Below, one piece after another: positions 54,338 through 64,000 of a stretch of DNA of 64,000 nt (the stretch's first letter is position 1; each line of letters opens with the position of its first letter). This stretch comes from Trichosphaerium sp. ATCC 40318 (Eukaryota > Protista > Tubulinea), in the NCBI GenBank assembly GCA_038496445.1, contig JALMLS010000285.1, positions 74,675 to 138,674 of the forward strand, read 5' to 3'. Made by a program: the position numbers and the translations under genes. The notes under the pieces are model-generated. The model did not search any database. It worked only from the letters and a program-made list of their open reading frames with translations, and was not told the DNA's origin.

Positions 54338-56224
54338 TCATTCTGACGCAGAAGAATCATCACTATCTGAATCGTCTGAATCATCTGAATTAGTCCCTTT
54401 CTTAAGGGAGTATCCAAGTGTATTAGGTCGCTCTTTGAAGTTGCTTTCCTTGCCATACTTTTGCCTCAAGGTGTCAAGTAGGTCTTTAGAAACAAGAGCA
54501 ATATCATCATCCTCAGTAAGCAAGCTCTTTGGTAACAGTTGGCCATTTGTTCTATCATACATGAAATCTACCATTAAAACTGCTCTTGTCTTGTCACTCT
54601 TATTCCATGCTTCATGAGTAAACGTATCCTAAAACACTATTACTCCAAACACGTCAAAAAAATACATACGTCAAAAACCATGCATTTTCCTTCTTCCCAC
54701 CCTTGTATCTCCTGGTTAACTTTTAACGCACAACCATCTGGTACAACTACGCCTAAATGAGCACGTAGAATCTTTTCTGAATACTGATAGTAACCAACCT
54801 ACTCGAAGTGAGCACAAGAGAGGAAGCGAAAAAATCCAAAAACAATCCAAAAAAACGCACGTGTGGTTTTATGTGAGATTTTGGTGCAAGGACAGAAAAC
54901 ATCGCTGTGACCATACCAGGAACTTGTTCCAGAACTTTAGTAGTCTCTGGGCAAGCAGAGCAATTTTGCTCTATTTTGTTGTCAAAAGCGAACATGCCAA
55001 GTACATTCCATCCACGTTTACACAAATATTTTTCTGGCCAAGCAACCTTTGATAAAAATTTTTTATAAGTCATTACCCTTTACCAAACACAAACTACGTA
55101 CTAATTTTGCCTTTAATAAGTCTTCCCATTCCTTACGTATAACAGGCCATTTGTCTTCTAACATTTTACAAAATGGAAACTCTGAAGGGTCATAAAAAGC
55201 TTTGCCAGGTTTTTTGCTTCCTAATTTGAGAGAAAAATCAGCAAATGTTTCAAACAAGTAAAAAAAAAGGCGGATTAAAAATGGAATGGTTTGCTTGTTC
55301 ACGCACCCAGCAATATTCCTAGGTTACGCAAAATACCAAGTAACCAATCTTGTTCTTCCTCGCAGCTTGGTACGCTCATTATACTAGCTGGAAGTCAGAA
55401 ATAAACACAAAAAACTTCGCGAGAAAATTACCGTTTGCGAGCAGACAGCCATGGACCGTTTCTTTCTGTGTCTTCTGTCTTAAGGTGCTCTCGAATAGAG
55501 TCTAATAATACAGCTACAACAATCGTCAAAAAAACAAAATAAAAATATTAGTTGTACCATGTTCTGTTAGGTAATAGAACGCCTTCGTAGCGTATTGGCG
55601 TTCCAATGAAGGACCTAGACGAATAAATAAGTAACTAATGAAATAATATCAAGCGTCGTATCAGGCTCGCAATGGCTACATAGAGCGAAGTATATGGCGT
55701 GGAGATGTTTAAATTTGTTTAATATAGGTACCTGCTTTCAACACATAACGCGCAAATATCGGAATACCGTCAAATTCGAGCAATGGTACGTGCGTTTCCT
55801 CTAGCGAGCGTGTGTAAGTGAATCTATGTTAGGCAACACAACCATACCTGTTTCTGTCAGAACGGCTAACACGCACAACGCTTGCGCTCGCACGTTGTCG
55901 CCCATAGCCGTTGCGTCAAGGCTAACGTCACCGGTTGCTGCCAGGTCTAATAATCGGCGCAAAAGCGCTTTGTTATCACCTACTTCTACTTTGGCAAGGT
56001 CTGTGCACATACAGTTAGGTATTGATATTTATTGCTCAAACTGTACCTCCTGTTTCACAAAACCTCTCAAGATTATTAAGACACGCAAGGAGCTTCTTTT
56101 TATCATCGTTTGCCAGATTTGTGGCGATGTCGCCAAGCGTGTTTTCATCAACAGATTGGAAGAATTTCTGTCTTGCGAACTCTTCCAGTTCCTCTTCTAG
56201 GTTACTTTTCTCTGCTTGCATCAT
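54338..56224 (-). CDS. ARM-like repeats fused to aspartyl/asparaginyl beta-hydroxylase (2OG-Fe) domain
   Basis: In-frame splices from VRAQALCVLAVL / RQYATKAFYYL into CPETTKVL..MFSVLAPKSHIKPH..LRAHLG..WEEGKCMVFDDTFTHEAWN. Confidence 0.85.
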
Positions 56225-56358
56225 CTTTGGTGTCGGTTTTTTTTTGACAATCAAAGTTAAGGCAGCAATTTTGGTAACAATTGTATTGCCTGGATTCTAG
56301 TACATTTACCTACGCTATGCCGAGTAGCTAATAAAATAGGAAAGTAAACTGTATTTGA

Positions 56359-56456
56359 TCAGTTCCTGTTCGCCACAATGCCACGACCCGATATTGCGAT
56401 CAAACACGTTTGTCCATCGGTTGCCATGGTCACTATTTTACAGTCACAGGAACTGA
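56359..56456. repeat. ~100-nt hairpin with 11-bp perfect terminal inverted repeat
   Basis: TCAGTTCCTGT (56359-56369) / ACAGGAACTGA (56446-56456). Inner stems on the minus strand are supported by G-U pairs. Confidence 0.55.
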
Positions 56457-56790
56457 CTCGGATTATCAATGAAAACAGAATCAAAAAACACATGTAATTT
56501 CAATCTTGTCCTGTGCCATACAGACATTCTAGTTGCTAGCCGTGCTTCCCAAAGCGTTTCTACTACTTGCTTGTAGTATAAGGACAAAGTTTATGTGGTA
56601 CACTCAGGTGGGGTAGCCTCAGCAAGCTTGCAAAAACAATCGTGACTTGCGAATCAGCGAGTTGGAAGCATTGCGAATATGTTGTTATTGCCATTGAATT
56701 CTTAAGATGCATAACGAAACGTTAACATGTCATCACTGAATTATTGCTGTTTATTTCATGTAGTGTTCAAGTCGAGTCAAAACAACTACA

Positions 56791-57873
56791 ATGTCAAAGA
56801 ACTGCCACGTACTTGTTCAAAATGCAAATCTACTTACTAATGAGCGTACTATAGGTAAATACAGCTGATTCAGGGCACTCCTTCTTATTGGACCTTCCTA
56901 TTGAGCTACAGCTTGATATTATGGATTTAGATGCACAGGTGTAAAGATGCCGGATTTATACTATCTCAATTATACTGAGATTCCGTAGGCATCTCATACT
57001 AAATAAAATAGTATGAAATCTCCCGACTAAATACTTGTAATAACTGTAAGTAATAATAAACATAATTTAATAACTAAACTCGTGTTACACCTTCTCTTCA
57101 ATCACTGACTAAGTACGTCGTGATATTATACATATACTAATTAGGTAGTAAAAGTAAATAACGGACGCTTTTACACAGGTGTACAACAAATGGCCTGTAT
57201 TATCAAAATACAGTGCAAAGACAACAAGGTATGATGACAAGCTTAAAAAGCACGGAAAATGGCGTAGAGGGTATACAAACAAGGTAATGCACCACAAGTT
57301 GTATGTGAATGTTCTTGGAATCACGGACAACTACATGGAGTGTTTAAGTTATTCAATTCCAGTGGTATTCTATCTCAAGTAAACTACGTGAAAGGTAAAC
57401 AAGAAGGACAGTACAACAAGTGGCATAGAGATGGTAAGCTTTGGGAACAGATTAATTATATCAATGGTAAGCGAGAAGGTGTATACAAGAAATGGTTTAA
57501 AAATGGACAGATAATGAAGGAGTATAATTATGTTAATAACCAGAATGAAGGTGATTATAAAAAATGGCATATAAATGGTACATTGCATGAGGAATTTAGA
57601 TTGGAAAACAATAATGTAGGATCATATCAGAGATGGTATGATAATGGACAAGTTTGGGAGAAGTATGAGTATGTTAATGGTAAACGAGAAGGAGACTATA
57701 AACTTTGGCATAAAAATGGAGAGTTGTACAAAAAGAGTACATACGTTGACGGTTTTCTAGAAGGGGAGTTTTGGGTATGGTATAATAATGGAAGTGTGAT
57801 TTGTAAGGGTATTTTTGTAAAAGGTAAGGCTGTTTATGAACAAGGTGAATTGTCGATCAGGCACAGGTTTTAA
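56791..57873 (+). CDS. F-box + MORN-variant (MORN_2/YwqK-like) repeat protein; frameshift or intron near 57270
   Basis: LLDLPIELQLDIMDL..YNKW.VLSK F-box; about 7 repeats NY.NGKREG.YKKW..NG. Confidence 0.8.
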
Positions 57874-58104
57874 CCATGGGTACCACTGGTGATTGAAGAT
57901 GCACAGGTTTCTGGAATTTCTGGAATTTCAATAAGTTCTGCACCGTCTGAATTCTGGAACGTTCCAGAAACCTGTGCATCTCCATTGTGTCGTACAAGAT
58001 TCAAACTCACTCCGAAAATGAGTGTTAATACGCTTTTGGCGTAGTGGTAGACAATGGCTCCTAACATCAACCCAAATAAAAAAACAGGCACTTTTTTTCT
58101 TCAT
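57870..58104 (-). CDS. possible small signal-anchor protein
   Basis: VPVFLFGLMLGAIVYHY hydrophobic stretch. The upstream ATG is in frame only if an A-run is one base shorter. Stop overlaps the MORN stop (TTAA). Confidence 0.3.
57897..57981. repeat. 20-bp perfect inverted repeat with overlapping 18-bp palindrome
   Basis: AGATGCACAGGTTTCTGGAA / TTCCAGAAACCTGTGCATCT; TTCTGGAACGTTCCAGAA at 57952-57969. Confidence 0.9.
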
Positions 58105-58325
58105 TTTGTTTTATCCCGTGGTATTGTAGTAACCAGTTCTACTAAGTGTAACTAACATGGTTTTGATGTTTAAACGTTTAATATTCATAATATTTATTCA
58201 CATTTAAGAAACTTATGAGTCGCGTGAAGAATAGAATCATTGTATTATTGTTATTGCAAGAATTTTGTATACCTTAATGCTTCTTTCTTTGTATGTTGCT
58301 GGAAATGTTCTTTTCTTTCTATGAA

Positions 58326-60797
58326 TTATAATGATGCAGTAAATTCCGCAGGCTTGAGGGAACCTTCTATTTCTTCTGGTGTTACCCATTTGTAAAAAAC
58401 TGAATGTCCTTCTCCACGTGATAACAAGTAATTCTTATCATTTTCTTGTCCACCTTTCTTCTTGGCTTTGACCCACCATCCATCCACAGTCTCACGACCT
58501 ACAAACAAAAATAAACAAATGGCAAACTAACATTTTAAATACTTAAAAGGGAGGTACATACCTATGAAAATATCTGAAAGAGAAAACTCAATTTCTTGTC
58601 CATCCTAAGCAGTCTTTTTAGCATAAACCGGCTTGTCAAAAAACCAATACTCACGTGTAGAACGCCATGAACATAAGTCTCATTTTGAGTCTTACTATCA
58701 CCGACAATACACAACTCACTATGTGCTATGCCTTGTTGAAGTATTAGCTTAAACTTTACCATCATATTTATGTCGGGAGGTACCTCTATTATCCTTACAC
58801 TTGCTATCACTGTAGGATGTATCTGCTGAAATAACGTGAAGATCTCCAGCTTTAATTATATTTGGTGAATCACCTATTAAGTTGGTTTTAAGTAAGTCGT
58901 AGGCTCAAAGTTGCTATTTTGTCGTAATCAGGAGCTTACCAAACGGTTTATGTCCAGTGACAATACGGTTGATGCCACTCTTTTTCATATATTGTCTTAC
59001 TTGTGTACTAACAGGTGTAGGGTGACCTATAAGGTATGGTAAAGAGTTTGAAACATATACTACCTCTCTGCTGTGCGCAGAACAACTATGTTTTCCAAGG
59101 GAAATGTGAGGTACCTCCAGGTATAAAATCAATAACGATAACAGTACGTCGTAGCATAGCACGACCATAACCGTATCCCATTAGAAATGAACCACCTCTT
59201 TGTGTACGGTCATCATTCCACAAAGGTTGTGCTTTCCAAGCAGCCAAACCCTCTTTTGCAAAAGTATTTAAACGGTTTATCCACTCTTGACATGAATGTG
59301 TATCCTTTAGCTCTTGTCCTGTAATATCCTATTTATAACAGAGTATTAACTCTAGAAGGCACGTATATTTGAGAGCTTGATATTTTTCATAGCAATTGAA
59401 ACAAAAACAAACAGGTTCTTGTTACGTACTTCAAGTTTTTGAAGAGCATCTTTGTTGTTATGACTTGGTATGAATCCGATTGTTGAATCTGATACACCGC
59501 CTAGTTAAAATCAGTGTAAGCTATTATCAATTGATACGTGCTAGAAAAACCTTGAACATATGATTACGTACCATGAACAAACAAAGTGTTGCCGATAACA
59601 GCTCCAATTTGTGCATTCTCCAAATATTCTTAAAATAACACGTAAGTACATTCAAGGGCTGTGATACCACAGACATACCTCTAACTAAACCACCCTCTTG
59701 TACTGACTCAAGAACATTATCAAATACATCTTGGTCACTTATATCGCTTACAGGGCAGTTTTTAAGAGCACTTAATTCCTGGAAAGTGTCAGTTTGAAAG
59801 AAAAAAAACCTACAGCGGAACGTCTTTACCTGTCTGCGAAACTCAAAAGTATCAGGGCAACCCATAGTATGCTTAAATAAAAACTTTAACCTATTTACTG
59901 GAGTGTTATGCTTCTCATAAAGTTCTGGGCTGTAATCTCCATTGTCCTTTAGGAGAGAAAAGAACATGTTAGTTTAACCATGTTTTAAAAGCAAAATAAT
60001 GTGATGAGATACTTACTTCTTTAGGTGCATTAATCTCATCAAGTAGCTTCCGCACAAACTTTTTTGGCGTAACTCGTCGTTCTTCATCAACCTAAAAACA
60101 GTTAAAACCACCAGTAATGTTGTCGAGTATAGCAACCCAGTAAGGTCCTGGAACTTCATCGAGTGGCCTATCTGTATCTGTCTTATGTAACTCACTACTG
60201 AACTTCAGCTTGTTCAAATCTCGGTTACCTAGAATCACCTTAGTACTTACAGTTATCACTCTTTAAAGTACTAACCAATAATAAGGAAAACACGCTCAGG
60301 ATAACGTTTCTAAAGAGAGAACTGTAAGGTGACAAGAACGGAAACAAGCATTGCATTCTTATCACTAACCTTAAGTGATACAAGATCTTGAGTGACACGT
60401 AAGTCACCATTACCTTTATCGCAAACATCTCCTCCATACACTTCAAAAAACAGTAAGACACAGGTGAGCTCACTAAAGGAATTCAAAAGAGACGTACCAA
60501 AGTATTTATTGTCTCTTAAATGCAACTCTACATAATCATGTAAGAACAAGGAGGTGGTAGCAAAAGGTTTTGTTTTTTGTTTGTCTTTGTTTTCACGTGC
60601 CTTTTTTGTTCTCTTCTTTTCTGTATTCAAGGACGTTACTTAGAGCGATGTATCGATTCCAATAGTCTAAATTTCCCTTTTAAAGGCGGTAAGCATTTTT
60701 CACACTAAGTACATAGAACAAGATATAAAACACTGAATACGCTATAATATTATACCTCGACGTCTGTGACGAAACCAATTTCGAATTTATCCGTCAT
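58326..60797 (-). CDS. calcineurin-like metallophosphoesterase
   Basis: FVTDVEGN, GGDVCDKG, IGNRDLNK, FVHGG, VTGHKPFG, SADTS motifs. Confidence 0.88.
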
Positions 60798-61345
60798 TGT
60801 ACGTGAAGTATCTAAAACTGTTTATATTGAGCTTACAGAAGGCTACTTACTGCTACAATAAGCTTTAGATCTTCTAGTAGATGTTCTACGTTTTGGTATC
60901 GATTTAGGCGTGCTAAGGTAACTAGAGCGACTAAATAGGCGATATGACGTCCTACTATGGAACTTTAAAGCTAGAATCTTGATTGTACTGGACTTTATGC
61001 CGAATGTGATTTTGAAAAACTGTCAGTGAAACCTTCCGTTGACTTATTGCTTATGAACTCACTTACATCAATCTTATAGTTGTTTACTGAAGAGTATGAA
61101 CTCAAGTAATAATTCCTACGTTGAGTAAACTATGAAGGGAGGACGGAGAAAGAAAAAAAATACTCATTGTTTGTGATTGGCAAAAAACCAAAAAGTGTCT
61201 GTAAGTGAAAACACCACAAGGCAAAAAATCAACAACCTATTGCACCATAATCAAGTGGTTCCTGTTAATAATATTCGTGCATGTTCATCTAATACAACAG
61301 ACTACTAATCATTTCAAGAGATTGGCGATAATTTTATTTAATAGG

Positions 61346-63473
61346 TTTAGTGAGTATCACCTGTGTCTTATTGTTTTTTGAAGTTATGGAGGAGATGTTT
61401 GCGATAAAGGTAATGGTGACTTACGTGTCACTCAAGATTTGTCACTTAAGGTTCTGATAAGAACGCAAGCTGTTTCCGTTCTTGTCACCTTACGTTCTCT
61501 CTTTAGAAACGTTATCCTGAGCGTGTTTTCCTTATTATTGGTTAGTACTTTAAAGAGTGATAATCTGTCCAATAATTTGATTCTAGGTAACCGAGATTTG
61601 AACAAGCTGAAGTTCAGTATGAGTTACATAAGACAGATACGAGATAGGCCATGGTTGAAGTAAAGGACCTTACTGGGTTGCTATACTCGACAACATTTGG
61701 TGGTTTTAACTGTTTTTAGGTTGATGAAGAACGACGAGTTACGCCAAAAAAGTTTGTGCGGAAGCTACTTGATGAGATTAATGCACCTAAAGAAGTAAGT
61801 ATCTCATCACAATTTTGCTTTTAAAACATGGTTAAACTAACATGTTCTTTTCTCTCCTAAAGGACAATGAGATTACAGCCCAGAACTTTATGAGAAGCAT
61901 AACACTCCAGTAAATAGGTTAAAGTTTTTATTTAAGCATACTATGTTGCCCTGATACTTTTGAGTTTCAGACAGGTAAAGACGTTCCGCTGTAGGTTTTT
62001 TTTCTTTCAAACTGACACTTTCCAGGAATTAAGTTCTTAAAACTGCCCTGTAAGCGATATAAAAGTGACCAAGATGTATTTGATAATGTTCTTGATCAGT
62101 ACAAGATGGTTTAGTTAGAGGTATGTCTGTGGTATCACAGCCCTTGAATGTACTTACGTGTTATTTTAAGAATATTTGGAGAATGCACAAATTGGAGCTG
62201 TTATCGGCAACACTTTGTTTGTTCATGGTACGTAATCATATGTTCAAGGTTTTTCTAGCACGTATCAATTGATAATAGCTTACACTGATTTTTAACTAGG
62301 CGGTGTATCAGATTCAACAATCGGATCATACCAAGTCATAACAACAAAGATGCTCTTCAAAAACTTGAAGTACGTAACAAGAACCTGTTTGTTTTTGTTT
62401 CAATTGCTATGAAAAATATCAAGCTCTCAAATATACGTGCCTTCTAGAGTTAATACTCTGTTATAAATAGGATAATACAGGACAAGAGCTAAATGATACA
62501 CATTCATGTCAAGAGTGGATAAACCGTTTAAATACTTTTGCAAAAGAGGGTTTGGCTGCTTGGAAAGCACAACCTTTGTGGAATGATGACCGTACACAAA
62601 GAGGTGGTTCATTTCTAATGGGATACGGTTATGGTCGTGCTATGCTACGACGTACTGTTATCGTTATTGATTTTATACCTGGAGGTACCTCACATTTCCC
62701 TTGGAAAACATAGTTGTTCTGCGCACAGCAGAGAGGTAGTATATGTTTCAAACTCTTTACCATACCTTATAGGTCACCCTACACCTGTTAGTACACAAGT
62801 AAGACAATATATGAAAAAGAGTGGCATCAACCGTATTGTCACTGGACATAAACCGTTTGGTAAGCTCCTGATTACGACAAAATAGCAACTTTGAGCCTAC
62901 GACTTACTTAAAACCAACTTAATAGGTGATTCACCAAATATAATTAAAGCTGGAGATCTTCACGTTATTTCAGCAGATACATCCTACAGTGATAGCAAGT
63001 GTAAGGATAATAGAGGTACCTCCCGACATAAATATGATGGTAAAGTTTAAGCTAATACTTCAACAAGGCATAGCACATAGTGAGTTGTGTATTGTCGGTG
63101 ATAGTAAGACTCAAAATGAGACTTATGTTCATGGCGTTCTACACGTGAGTATTGGTTTTTTGACAAGCCGGTTTATGCTAAAAAGACTGCTTAGGATGGA
63201 CAAGAAATTGAGTTTTCTCTTTCAGATATTTTCATAGGTATGTACCTCCCTTTTAAGTATTTAAAATGTTAGTTTGCCATTTGTTTATTTTTTTTTGTAG
63301 GTCGTGAGACTGTGGATGGATGGTGGGTCAAAGCCAAGAAGAAAGGTGGACAAGAAAATGATAAGAATTACTTGTTATCACGTGGAGAAGGACATTCAGT
63401 TTTTTACAAATGGGTAACACCAGAAGAAATAGAAGGTTCCCTCAAGCCTGCGGAATTTACTGCATCATTATAA
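61346..63473 (+). pseudogene. 5'-truncated, frameshifted mirror copy of the metallophosphoesterase (likely artefact)
   Basis: Lacks the ATG/DVEG exons; many 1-3 nt deletions relative to the minus-strand copy, concentrated in 61346-62330. Confidence 0.75.
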
Positions 63474-64000
63474 TTCATAGAAAGAAAAGAACATTTCCAG
63501 CAACATACAAAGAAAGAAGCATTAAGGTATACAAAATTCTTGCAATAACAATAATACAATGATTCTATTCTTCACGCGACTCATAAGTTTCTTAAATGTG
63601 AATAAATATTATGAATATTAAACGTTTAAACATCAAAACCATGTTAGTTACACTTAGTAGAACTGGTTACTACAATACCACGGGATAAAACAAAATGAAG
63701 AAAAAAAGTGCCTGTTTTTTTATTTGGGTTGATGTTAGGAGCCATTGTCTACCACTACGCCAAAAGCGTATTAACACTCATTTTCGGAGTGAGTTTGAAT
63801 CTTGTACGACACAATGGAGATGCACAGGTTTCTGGAACGTTCCAGAATTCAGACGGTGCAGAACTTATTGAAATTCCAGAAATTCCAGAAACCTGTGCAT
63901 CTTCAATCACCAGTGGTACCCATGGTTAAAACCTGTGCCTGATCGACAATTCACCTTGTTCATAAACAGCCTTACCTTTTACAAAAATACCCTTACAAAT

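Larger units (their letters stand above)
57799..64000. repeat. large inverted duplication: 57799-60477 mirrored at 61346-64000 (runs off window), ~870 bp spacer
   Basis: Identical ORFs on opposite strands (58914-59168/62631-62885, 58562-58810/62989-63237, 57870-58091/63708-63929) and direct sequence comparison. Confidence 0.97.

Overview
Gene-dense, intron-rich eukaryotic nuclear DNA, most likely an amoebozoan protist. Support: an Shk-type SH2 kinase, a RasG-like Ras, a Frizzled/Smoothened-like GPCR, mostly 35-100 nt introns with GTACG/GTAAG donors, and 100-250 bp divergent promoters. About 27 genes were reconstructed by hand, including PRP18, a DENN-PH protein, SQOR, a BAH protein, PFK, a 3xWWE-Macro protein, Ras, an Rrp5 HAT-only gene, a Sar1-like GTPase, Shk, an ARM-ASPH fusion and a metallophosphoesterase. 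The most striking signal is a three-member family built from a ~65-70 aa Trp-rich helical repeat, each repeat encoded by a phase 2-2 two-exon module. Two members end in a PD-(D/E)XK (RAP/Vsr-like) nuclease domain; the third lacks it and sits head-to-head with a nuclease-bearing copy. Also notable: two U12-type (minor spliceosome) introns, one apparently GT-CG; a Crinkler-like REase+kinase gene; a giant-virus-like F-box/MORN gene followed by a palindromic hairpin; and two receptors sharing a stalk but carrying different glycan-binding heads. The last ~6 kb is a >=2.7 kb inverted duplication that looks like a fold-back assembly artefact. All gene models are manual splice reconstructions without database searches, so ends are approximate.
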